Shown here: positions 17,581 through 25,759 of the stretch, piece after piece | How the letters are laid out: each line of letters opens with the position of its first letter | How positions within the stretch are numbered: the stretch's first letter is position 1 | The notes under the pieces: model-generated | What the model was told of the DNA's origin: nothing | Databases searched by the model: none | The model's input: only the letters and a program-made list of their open reading frames with translations | Program-made: the position numbers and the translations under genes | From: an uncultured Clostridia bacterium | Lineage (GTDB): Bacteria > Bacillota > Clostridia > Christensenellales > Aristaeellaceae | Direction: 5' to 3' | Assembly: GCA_946409855.1 (NCBI GenBank) | Contig: CAMJXZ010000001.1 | Span: forward strand, 1-42,808 | Length of the DNA stretch: 42,808 bases

Positions 17581-19464
17581 TTAATCCCACAGCCGCCACA
17601 GGTACTCCTTCAGCATATCAAACCCGGCTTTCATTTCCCTGTCCGCAAACTCGTTGAGCACAGCCTGGCCGTTGTTGATTTCGCTTAGCTGTCCGTTCAG
17701 GTATCCCTGCACCATTCCCTCCGGGATGGTCTGCAGCGCCGGCTGCAGCTGCGGCTTTTCCAGGCACTGGCCGATCAGGGAGGACAGCACCCCGTCCGGA
17801 AGATCCATCCCCCTGAGTTCCGAGGCGTTTCTGAATTTGGCGGCCATTTCTTTCAGAATCCGGCTCCATTCCTCCGGTTCGACGTCCATCGGATGGGCAA
17901 AGTGTCCGTACGACAGAATCTCCAGCATCTCCGCCAGCAGATGGGGAATGTACTCGTCCAGGTTCCACACGGCTTCCGTGTAAAACCCTCTTTCCGCGCA
18001 CTCCAGCCGGTATATCTCTTCCTGTTCCGGAAACGCCCAGGGCCGGTGCGCCCAGTCCAGCCCGTACGGATCCTTCAGCAGGCTCCGGGCCCGGTGCTTC
18101 AGGTGATCCGGCAGGGCAATGCTTTCAGCGCTCAGGCCGCCGCAGCCGAAGAACACATTCCGCCCGATCACCTGAACGCTTTGCGGAATCGTGACGCGCG
18201 TTAACCCCGCGCAGCCGTTGAACGCGTCGTTTTCAATGATCTCAAGGCCGTCCGGCAATTCTACGCCGCTTAAGCCGCCGCAGCCGGCAAACGCCCGGAA
18301 ACAGATCCGCCGGAGGGACGGCGGCAAAGTGATATCCGCCAGGGAGGCGCAGCCGGCAAACGCCCCGTTGCCGATCCTTTCCGTTTTGGGCATTGCCACG
18401 GTCGTAAGACACCCGCACCCGTAAAACGAGTAGCCGTAGATATATTTTGTTCCGGGGAGCGCAGCCTCTCTCAGGCTGCCGCACCCATAAAACATTCCCT
18501 GATTCAAATAACGTACTTTTTCCGGGATCCTGACCGTTTCCAGCCGATCGCAGCCGGAAAAAGCAAATTTGCCGATTTCTTCCACGCTGTCCGGAAGGAC
18601 AACGGTTTTCACGGTCCGGCAGTTCCGGAACGCGCCGTAGGCAATTTTCCGAATGCCGTCCGGCACGACAGCCGTTTCTTCCTCCCCCGCGTACCGTTTC
18701 ACGGTGTCCCGGCCGCTCAGGATCAGGTGATGCTCATCATCGATGATTTGAAAGCTTGTCCCCGCTTCCGTCCGGGTCTTCTCCAGCCTTCCGCCGGCGC
18801 AGCGGACGGAATATTCCTGAAGGTCGGCCCGGTCCATCATCTGCTCATTGAACTCGCTGACGGAGCCATCAAACCGGAATTCTTTCAGCCGGCCGCAGTC
18901 CGAAAAATTCCCCAGCGAAATCACGGAAAGGCTGCGGGGGATGGTGACGGACGACAGCGATCCGCAATGGCACACCGCACCCGGTCCAAGCCTGAGCACA
19001 CCCTCCGGAATGACATACTCAGATTCTGTTTTCCCGGGCGGATACTGGACCAGAACGGTCCCGTCCCTGCTGTACAGCACGCCGTTCACGGACATGTATG
19101 TCGTGCTGTCGGGAGACGCGTGGATCGCCCGGAGAGAGCCGCACCGGATAAAGCCGCGGGGAGAAATCTCCGAAACGCGTTTTCCGAGCCATATCTCAGA
19201 CAGACCCGGGCAGGAAAAGAAAGTGCCCATGATGATTTTCTCAACGCCGTCCCCCACCCGCACGCTTTCCAGGCAGTCACAGTTCATGAACGATTTCACC
19301 CCGACGGACACGACGCTGTCCGGAATGATCACGCGCCGGACAGTCCGGCAGTCCGTGAACGCGCCTCTGCCGATGGCGCGGACCTGTTCCGGAATGACGA
19401 CTTCTTCCTCCTGCCCCTGATACCGGGTCAGCACGCCGTCCTCTATGACAAAATCCTGATTCAT
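17581..19464 (-). CDS. BspA-type LRR (LRR_5) protein with unrecognised ~180-aa C-terminal domain, no signal peptide
   Basis: About 15 repeats such as IPEQVRAIGRGAFTDCRTVRRVIIPDSVVSVGVKSFMNCDCLESV. The C-terminal helical domain (DPYGLDWAHRPWAFPEQEEIYRLE...) is unassigned. Confidence 0.75.
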   Translation of the reverse strand: MNQDFVIEDGVLTRYQGQEEEVVIPEQVRAIGRGAFTDCRTVRRVIIPDSVVSVGVKSFMNCDCLESVRVGDGVEKIIMGTFFSCPGLSEIWLGKRVSEISPRGFIRCGSLRAIHASPDSTTYMSVNGVLYSRDGTVLVQYPPGKTESEYVIPEGVLRLGPGAVCHCGSLSSVTIPRSLSVISLGNFSDCGRLKEFRFDGSVSEFNEQMMDRADLQEYSVRCAGGRLEKTRTEAGTSFQIIDDEHHLILSGRDTVKRYAGEEETAVVPDGIRKIAYGAFRNCRTVKTVVLPDSVEEIGKFAFSGCDRLETVRIPEKVRYLNQGMFYGCGSLREAALPGTKYIYGYSFYGCGCLTTVAMPKTERIGNGAFAGCASLADITLPPSLRRICFRAFAGCGGLSGVELPDGLEIIENDAFNGCAGLTRVTIPQSVQVIGRNVFFGCGGLSAESIALPDHLKHRARSLLKDPYGLDWAHRPWAFPEQEEIYRLECAERGFYTEAVWNLDEYIPHLLAEMLEILSYGHFAHPMDVEPEEWSRILKEMAAKFRNASELRGMDLPDGVLSSLIGQCLEKPQLQPALQTIPEGMVQGYLNGQLSEINNGQAVLNEFADREMKAGFDMLKEYLWRLWD

Positions 19465-19538
19465 CCCCCTGCATCCTTTCTGTGACGGCCCTTGCGTGCC
19501 GGGCCGGCTCTTTCACAAACAGACTCCCGAGGCGGTTT

Positions 19539-20708
19539 TCACACGCAGACCCATTCCACCGTCTGTGCCTCGTCCGGCATGGGCGGCACCGTTTTGTCCA
19601 GCATCCGGGCGACGGCGCTTTCCGGGACGGCGCCGGGTCTGCCAGCGTTCCGCTGCTGACGCGTCTCCGGGTCCGTCTCCAGATAGACGATCCGGACCCG
19701 GGCCCCGTACCGTTCGCACAGGCTGACGAGTTTGGCCCTGTTCTCCCTGGTCAGGCTGGTGGCGTTCCAGATGAACGGCTGCTTCCCGCGCAGATGCTCC
19801 CGGACCCGATCCCGGGCCGCCTGAACGACCGCCCCCTGTTCCTCCGTCGGCCGGACGCCCATTTCCCGCCGGATATCGTCCATGGATACCACCGGCAGGT
19901 CCGGATGATGCCGCCTGATCCAGGTATCCTTCCCGGTGCCGGGCAGGCCGGACATCATAATCACTTCTCCCCAGGTATCGTCGTACAGGCACTGGTCCGG
20001 CCCCACGTTCCGCCCGGAGAGGCAGGCCCGCGCCGTATAGCTGTTCTGAAAGCGGCAGGGGCCGCGCAGGCATCCCGCTTCCCCGGCGAGCAGCATGGAC
20101 AGCTGGATCTGCGAAAGGTATTCCTCAATATCCCCCGCGTCCCTGCCCCGGGCGTCCGCCTCGGCCAGCATGCCCGTCAGCGCCCAGGAAAAGTCCTTCG
20201 CGAGCACCCCCGCGGCAGCCGCCGTCCGGGCGCGCAAAGCCGCTTCCTCCTGATCCACCAGGTGAAACGGCACCATATGATGCCGCACCAGGGCGCAGAC
20301 GGTCTCCCGGAAGGAAAGGGCCTCCATCGTCCCGCTGAGCCCGCAGTCCCGCCAGAGGAAGATGCGGACCAGCTGACTGCCCACCGCCGCGTGATGGGGG
20401 GACACCCAGGCCCCGCCGTCCAGCCGGGTCGTCTTCGCCTTGCCCAAATCGTGCAGCACCGCCGCCAGGAACAGTTCCGTTTTTACGCGTTTATCCAGCG
20501 CGTGGAAATCAGCCTTGCGGTTCAGTTCCCCGCACACCATCCTCGTATGGGTGAGCACGTCCCCTTCCCCGTGAAACACCGGGTTCTGCGGTGTCGACTG
20601 AAGGTCCTGAAAGCAGGAAGCGGCCAGCAGGGGTCCGATCTCTTCCCAGGCGATCCGGCTGCCGGCGGAATCGGGCACGAGCCGGGCAAACCGGTGAAGC
20701 CATGTCAT
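19539..20708 (-). CDS. HD-domain phosphohydrolase fused to P-loop polynucleotide-kinase-like (AAA_33-type) domain
   Basis: N-terminus NPVFHGEGDVLTHTRMV...AAVLHDLGK is an HD domain resembling the HD of CCA-adding enzymes. C-terminus VIMMSGLPGTGKDTW is a Walker A, with IWNATS and RIVYLE strands. The ATG at 20708 lies 8 nt after GGAGG and is preferred over the GTG at 20714. Confidence 0.75.
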   Translation of the reverse strand: MTWLHRFARLVPDSAGSRIAWEEIGPLLAASCFQDLQSTPQNPVFHGEGDVLTHTRMVCGELNRKADFHALDKRVKTELFLAAVLHDLGKAKTTRLDGGAWVSPHHAAVGSQLVRIFLWRDCGLSGTMEALSFRETVCALVRHHMVPFHLVDQEEAALRARTAAAAGVLAKDFSWALTGMLAEADARGRDAGDIEEYLSQIQLSMLLAGEAGCLRGPCRFQNSYTARACLSGRNVGPDQCLYDDTWGEVIMMSGLPGTGKDTWIRRHHPDLPVVSMDDIRREMGVRPTEEQGAVVQAARDRVREHLRGKQPFIWNATSLTRENRAKLVSLCERYGARVRIVYLETDPETRQQRNAGRPGAVPESAVARMLDKTVPPMPDEAQTVEWVCV

Positions 20709-20735
20709 TTGCACCGCCTCCTTTCCTCCGTCCGT

Positions 20736-21527
20736 TCAGAACAGGCTTTCCACCGGCACGGCCAGCTGGTTGGGGATGATCGGCTTGTCGATCCAGTGCT
20801 GTTCGGAAAAGTCCACGCACTGCAGGAAGGCGGAACGTACGAACTTCATCCGGTCCACAACCCGGCCGTCCTCCTCGATCTTGATGTACAGCCCTTCCAT
20901 CATCCCGGACAGCTCGGTTTCGGCGCAGGCCTTTTCCGGATCCAGGCGGAGCTTTTCCGCCGCGTCCCGCAGATGCGCCCGCTGGCTGCCGGTGGTAAAA
21001 CGGGACTGCCCCAGCAGGCCCAGCAGTTCTTCCTTCTTCTGAAAGCAGCCGTGTCCCAGCACCGGAACGGAAACCACCGGGCTTCCTTCCAGCATTTTCT
21101 TCCGCGCCGGCGTATCCAGAAAGACGCCGGTTTCCCGGTCCAGGATGTCGAACTCCAGGAAATAGTGGGGCAGCGCGTCATAAAAAACGGTATGCTTGGC
21201 GTACAGCCACTCGCCGTACATGATGTATCTTGTCCCCAGCAGGTCATACAGCTCGTCCCGGCAGGCCACGGCCCATTGCTTCATCAGGTTGAAATGGCGC
21301 TCCCGGTAGCCGCCGGTCAGGTAATGGCCCCGGCTCTGCAGCAGCAGTTCCCCGTTTCCGTCAAAGGATACGGCGGAATTTGCCCCGTCCACCTTTTCCT
21401 CCACGGTCAGGCAGCGCCCCCTGATGGACGCGAAAGGAACCTGGCTCAGGTCCTCGTCCCCCGGCTGCAGGCGCGAGCCCTCGATATGAGGGGTGCGGGG
21501 GTATTTGCGCATTTTATACGGATCCAT
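20736..21527 (-). CDS. ATP-dependent RNA ligase family protein (covalent nucleotidyltransferase)
   Basis: N-terminal KYPRTPHI, motif I EKVDGAN (the KxDG lysine), motif III-like YGEWLYAKH, motif IV EGLYIKIE, motif V MKFVRSAF. GGAGGGA RBS lies 8 nt upstream. Confidence 0.8.
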   Translation of the reverse strand: MDPYKMRKYPRTPHIEGSRLQPGDEDLSQVPFASIRGRCLTVEEKVDGANSAVSFDGNGELLLQSRGHYLTGGYRERHFNLMKQWAVACRDELYDLLGTRYIMYGEWLYAKHTVFYDALPHYFLEFDILDRETGVFLDTPARKKMLEGSPVVSVPVLGHGCFQKKEELLGLLGQSRFTTGSQRAHLRDAAEKLRLDPEKACAETELSGMMEGLYIKIEEDGRVVDRMKFVRSAFLQCVDFSEQHWIDKPIIPNQLAVPVESLF

Positions 21528-21542
21528 CGCTGATCCCTCCTT

Positions 21543-21765
21543 ATACTGATTTTCATCTAAAACATGTGCAGATGTGGGATGGATTTTGCAGAAGAATCAA
21601 GGAAGGCATCCGAAAGCGTACCCGAAGGTCGGCGAGGGCTGTGAGGGCCCGGAAAATGATCCAGTGGATCATTTTCACCGAACAGCGGGCCGGCAGGCCC
21701 CGGAAGACGCAGAGATGGCGCAAAAGGCGCCCACAGATGTGCATGGATTGGGTGAAAATCAGTAT
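21543..21765. repeat. MITE-like inverted-repeat element, copy 1 (~223 bp, no ORF)
   Basis: Perfect 13-bp termini ATACTGATTTTCA (21543-21555) and TGAAAATCAGTAT (21753-21765), extending imperfectly to ~36 bp. Internal perfect 11-bp hairpin at 21652-21676. Core 21610-21639 is shared with copy 2. Confidence 0.6.
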
Positions 21766-21767
21766 TA

Positions 21768-22469
21768 TTATCCGATTGCCGCCACCAGGAACAGATGTCC
21801 TTCCACGCCGTCAAAATGAAGCCTGGTGCACCCGGCATCAGCGAACAAACGCGTCAGCCTGTCCTTGGTCAGCACATGTATGTGCTCCGGGTTGCTGTCC
21901 GGCTTGGACGGAACGGTCACCACCACGTACTGCCGGGCCATGCGGACCGCCGCCAGGACGGCCTGCTCCACCGCCGGGATGTGCTCCAGCACCTCCAGCA
22001 GCGTGACGACGTCAAAGCTCCCGTCCGGAAACGGCTGCCGGCAGACGTCCTTCTGCTCCGCGTGCATCTGCGGAAAACCGCCGTCCGCCAGCTCGTTGAG
22101 GAAGACGACCCGCTTTTCCAGCAGGTCCAGGCTCGTCACCCGCACCCAGGGGAATTCCTTCATGAACGGGATCAGGAACACGCCCCGGCCGCTGCCCACG
22201 TCCAGCATCGTTTCAAAGGAAACCGAATGCAGGAACCCCAGGGTCCTTTTCGTCCGGGCCAGCGTCTGCGTGCCGGCCTTGAAAGGATAGAGCTTAAGCC
22301 CCGCCTCCTGCCCCGCCCGCACGATCCGCAGGCATTCTTCCTCCGTGCATTCGTCCGCCGTTTTCCGGGCGGTCTGCGCCGGCAGCTCCGGGACGCCCGT
22401 CCTTCTGTGATGTCCCAGGATCCAGGCGGCGGCAGTTTTCAGGTCATATTTTTCCTCAAGCGTTTCCAT
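21768..22469 (-). CDS. class I SAM-dependent methyltransferase
   Basis: Motif I MLDVGSGRGVF, post-I SLDL, DVVTLLEVLEHIP. The ATG at 22469 is preceded by AAGGAGA. The upstream extension in the ORF track is R/P-rich. Confidence 0.75.
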   Translation of the reverse strand: METLEEKYDLKTAAAWILGHHRRTGVPELPAQTARKTADECTEEECLRIVRAGQEAGLKLYPFKAGTQTLARTKRTLGFLHSVSFETMLDVGSGRGVFLIPFMKEFPWVRVTSLDLLEKRVVFLNELADGGFPQMHAEQKDVCRQPFPDGSFDVVTLLEVLEHIPAVEQAVLAAVRMARQYVVVTVPSKPDSNPEHIHVLTKDRLTRLFADAGCTRLHFDGVEGHLFLVAAIG

Positions 22470-22530
22470 GGGTTTCTTTCTCCTTGCTGCACACACCGGG
22501 GCTGCCCCGCGAAAGGAAGCGCCCCCAAAG

Positions 22531-25500
22531 TCAGGCGGCCGGGTCCGCCAGCTCACGGATCATCCGGACGGTCTCCTCATACGTTTTATCGATTTCCATA
22601 AAGTCAAAGCCGTTCTCCCGGGCGTACGCTTCCGCGGTGGAGCCGGGGTAGCCGTGGATCACCGGCGGCGGATTCCTCCGCCACAGCTCTTCCCGCGTCT
22701 GCCCCGGACCGGGCGTCCAGCGGTAGAACGCCAGTTCCTCGATCACCATATCCGGCTGATAGACCCAGATGTCCACCCGGCGGCTGCTGGAAACCGCCTC
22801 GCTGGATACCTGCCGCATGCCCGGCGGCAGCACCAGGAAGCGCAGGGCGGGGCAGTTGATCAGCCCGTATCCTTCGATTTCCCTGCATCCTTCCGACAGG
22901 ATGATCCACTGGACCGGCGCCAGCGTAAACGCGTCCGAAGAGATGCTGGTCAGGCTTTTGGGCACCTCGACGCCCTTCATGCCGCATTCCTGAAACGCGA
23001 ATTCCTCCACGCCCGTGAGACGGGCGGACAGCGTCAGGTCCCGCAGGGATTCACAGCTGAAAAACGCGCCCCGGCCGATCCTGTACACGCCGCTCAGGTC
23101 GATTTCCCGGAGCGAGCGGTCTCCCTCAAACGCCCATTCATCGATGGAACGGATCTGGCCTTCCGTCCTGACCGACTCCAGCTTCGGGCAGCATGAAAAA
23201 GCGTAAGCGCCGATTTCTTCCAGCGCGCCGGGGGCGTAAACTTTCCTCAGCTCATCGCACTCATAAAACTCCGTATCGTGCACCTGGCGCTGAAAACCGG
23301 ACAGGGTGATCTCCCGCACGTCAAAAAGATATACTTCCCACGTACAGGTCACCGGGCAGTTGTCCGCCACGTTGAACCAGGGCACCCGCACCGTGTCGGC
23401 CTGCTTCGTCATGTACGCGCACTCGCCCTTCAGATCAAAGCAGTCGGACCAGCTGTCAATGTCCTCAAACCGGATGTTCGATTCCCCGGCGATCCATTCC
23501 GACAGCGTTCCCTTTCTGCCGCCGATCACGAAATCGGCGGGAAAATCGGAAAACTCCGTATAGGCCCGGGCATGTTCCCCCAGCTTCGCCCCGTCGCACA
23601 GGAACTGTACCCATTGAAGGCCGGAGCATCCGTAAAAAATGCTTCCTTCCAGCACTTCAACCTGAGCCGGCACCACCAGGTATTTGAGCTTGCTCTCCAT
23701 GAAGGCGCCCCAGCCGATCCGGCGGAGGTTCTGCGGCAGCACCAGGGTTTCCATGCCGCAGCCTTCAAACGCCATCTGCGGGATTTCCGTGAGTTCTTCC
23801 GACAGCCGGATCTCCCGCAGCGCGACGCAGTCGAAAAAAATCTCCTCGTCGATCTGCCGGACGGAATCGGGCATCCACAGCCGTTCCAGATTCCGGCAGG
23901 CGCTGAATGCCCCCTGGCCGATCCGCGTCACGCCCAAGGGCAGGGTCACATCCGCCAGCCCCGTTCCTGCAAAGGCGTCATCCCCAATCAGACGGAGGCC
24001 TTTCCCCCAGGTAATTTCAGACAGTTTTTCGCAGCCCAAAAACGCGCTTTTCCCGATCTGTTCCGTTTTTTCCCCAATCCGGACCCGGACCAGGTTTTTA
24101 TTATTCGCACAGATCTGATCCGGGATGATGAAAAGCCCGTCCGGAAATTCGATTTCCGCGGCGGACGGAATCCTGACATCCTTCCCGATCGAGACGACCG
24201 GCCGCCCGTCCACCAGGGAAGGAATGACGAGCTTTTCCGCTTCGGTTTGGAGACCCGTCAGCATAAGGCCTCCTTCCGTTTCCTCAAAGGTCATTTCGCC
24301 GCCGTCGGCGAAGCGGTGCCCGCCTGCCTGCGCGTACGCGTCCTGCACGCCATCCCGCCGGCCCCAGATGAGCAGGTCCTCCCTCGCCCCGTCAAAAACG
24401 TTCAGCCCGATGGTCCGGAGTTCCTCGTTCAGATGGACCTCCCGTAAGCCCCCGCAGCCGTAAAACGCCTGGTCCCCCAGCAACCGCACGCTTTCCGGCA
24501 GCGTCACCGCCTCCAGCGTTTCGTCCCCGCGGAACGCGTCCCGTTCCACCGCCGTCACCGGGATCCCCATCACGCTTCCCGGCAGCGTCCGCCGGGCGTC
24601 CCCGCCCCGCCACTGCCGCATGATGTGGAACCCGTCCTTCCGCAGCGAATAAAGCAGCCCCTGCCCCAGCGGCAGCCCCGTGACGAAGTTCGCGATCACC
24701 GCCGTCATCACCAGCAGCGCCGCGCAGAACGCCGTCAACAGACGCCGCCGCATCCGCCGGCGCCACCGCACCTGTTCAGGCAGCGGCAAAAGATAAAGCC
24801 CCGCCCGGAACTCCTCCATCGACTGCGTCCGCTTTTCCGGCTCCACCGCCAGCGCGTTCATCAGCGCCGCGTCCTGCTTCCTGCCCAGCTTTACCTGAAG
24901 CGCCGCCGGGGATTTGAGCTCGTCCCGCCGGGCGCGCAGCAGGGATTCCTGCGGCGCTTCCCCCGTCAGCAGCTCATAGATCACCGCCGCCAGGCCGTAC
25001 ACGTCCGACCAGGGGCCCTGCCGGCCGTATTCCTTCCCATACTGCTCCACCGGCGCGTACCCGCGGGACAGGATGATCGTTTCCCCGTGCCGCTCCGTCC
25101 GCATCGCCGCCCCGAAGTCGATCAGCCGCGCCGTTCCGTCTTCCTCCACCAGGATGTTCTCCGGCTTCAGGTCCCGGTGCACCACCCCCTGCCGGTGCAG
25201 CAGCACCAGCGCGTCCATGACCGGCCGCAGGAAAGAAAGCGTCTGGGCCGGCTGAAGCTTCCGCTCCGCCGCCCATTCGTCCAGCGGGCGGCCGTGGATG
25301 TACTCCATCACGATATACGCCGTATTGTTTTCCGAAAAGAAGTCCAGCACCTTGACCACGTTCGGGATGTCGCTGAGCGACGCCAGCAGATGGCTCTCCC
25401 GCTCAAACCGAAGCCGCCCTTCCAGGAAGACCGTCTCCTGCGCTTCCACGCAGACGACCTCGTCCGACACGCCCGTGTCCCGGGTGACCAGGTCCGAGGG

Positions 25501-25740
25501 AAAGTATTCCTTGACCGCTACCGGACGGTCCAGGTTTTCGTCCCACGCCGCGTAGGTGATCCCGAAGCCGCCCTTCCCGATGACCGCGCCCAGCTGGTAC
25601 TTGCCGTTCAAAAGGGTCCCTTCCTCCAGGACGGCCGGCGGCCGTTCCCCGCTCCCGTCAAACCCGCAGTGCGGACAGACCCCCTCTTCCTTCATTTCCC
25701 GCATGCAGCGGGAACAGTAATACTGTCCGTTGATTTCCAT
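22531..25740 (-). CDS. Zn-ribbon / Ser-Thr protein kinase / single TM / extracellular BspA-type LRR receptor kinase
   Basis: N-terminal CSRC...CPHC zinc ribbon. Kinase motifs GKGGFGITY, VAVKE, HRDLKPENIL, IDFGAA, GYAPVEQ. TM segment LLTAFCAALLVMTAVIANFV. About 700 aa of LRR_5 repeats follow (LPESVRLLGDQAFYGCGGL and similar). Confidence 0.85.
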   Translation of the reverse strand: MEINGQYYCSRCMREMKEEGVCPHCGFDGSGERPPAVLEEGTLLNGKYQLGAVIGKGGFGITYAAWDENLDRPVAVKEYFPSDLVTRDTGVSDEVVCVEAQETVFLEGRLRFERESHLLASLSDIPNVVKVLDFFSENNTAYIVMEYIHGRPLDEWAAERKLQPAQTLSFLRPVMDALVLLHRQGVVHRDLKPENILVEEDGTARLIDFGAAMRTERHGETIILSRGYAPVEQYGKEYGRQGPWSDVYGLAAVIYELLTGEAPQESLLRARRDELKSPAALQVKLGRKQDAALMNALAVEPEKRTQSMEEFRAGLYLLPLPEQVRWRRRMRRRLLTAFCAALLVMTAVIANFVTGLPLGQGLLYSLRKDGFHIMRQWRGGDARRTLPGSVMGIPVTAVERDAFRGDETLEAVTLPESVRLLGDQAFYGCGGLREVHLNEELRTIGLNVFDGAREDLLIWGRRDGVQDAYAQAGGHRFADGGEMTFEETEGGLMLTGLQTEAEKLVIPSLVDGRPVVSIGKDVRIPSAAEIEFPDGLFIIPDQICANNKNLVRVRIGEKTEQIGKSAFLGCEKLSEITWGKGLRLIGDDAFAGTGLADVTLPLGVTRIGQGAFSACRNLERLWMPDSVRQIDEEIFFDCVALREIRLSEELTEIPQMAFEGCGMETLVLPQNLRRIGWGAFMESKLKYLVVPAQVEVLEGSIFYGCSGLQWVQFLCDGAKLGEHARAYTEFSDFPADFVIGGRKGTLSEWIAGESNIRFEDIDSWSDCFDLKGECAYMTKQADTVRVPWFNVADNCPVTCTWEVYLFDVREITLSGFQRQVHDTEFYECDELRKVYAPGALEEIGAYAFSCCPKLESVRTEGQIRSIDEWAFEGDRSLREIDLSGVYRIGRGAFFSCESLRDLTLSARLTGVEEFAFQECGMKGVEVPKSLTSISSDAFTLAPVQWIILSEGCREIEGYGLINCPALRFLVLPPGMRQVSSEAVSSSRRVDIWVYQPDMVIEELAFYRWTPGPGQTREELWRRNPPPVIHGYPGSTAEAYARENGFDFMEIDKTYEETVRMIRELADPAA

Positions 25741-25759
25741 ATCGGCCCTTTCCTTTGGG

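Noticed and set aside
19482-21533. 683-aa plus-strand ORF opposite the HD-kinase and RNA ligase genes
   Set aside because: It has shadow-frame composition (P/R/G/H/Q-rich) and spans two well-supported minus-strand genes and their RBS-containing spacer.
21543-21765. Calling the inverted-repeat elements an IS element or a TnpB/IscB omega-RNA remnant
   Set aside because: There is no transposase ORF and I cannot identify target-site duplications. I cannot match them to a known IS end or RNA family without a search. They are reported only as a MITE-like repeat family.
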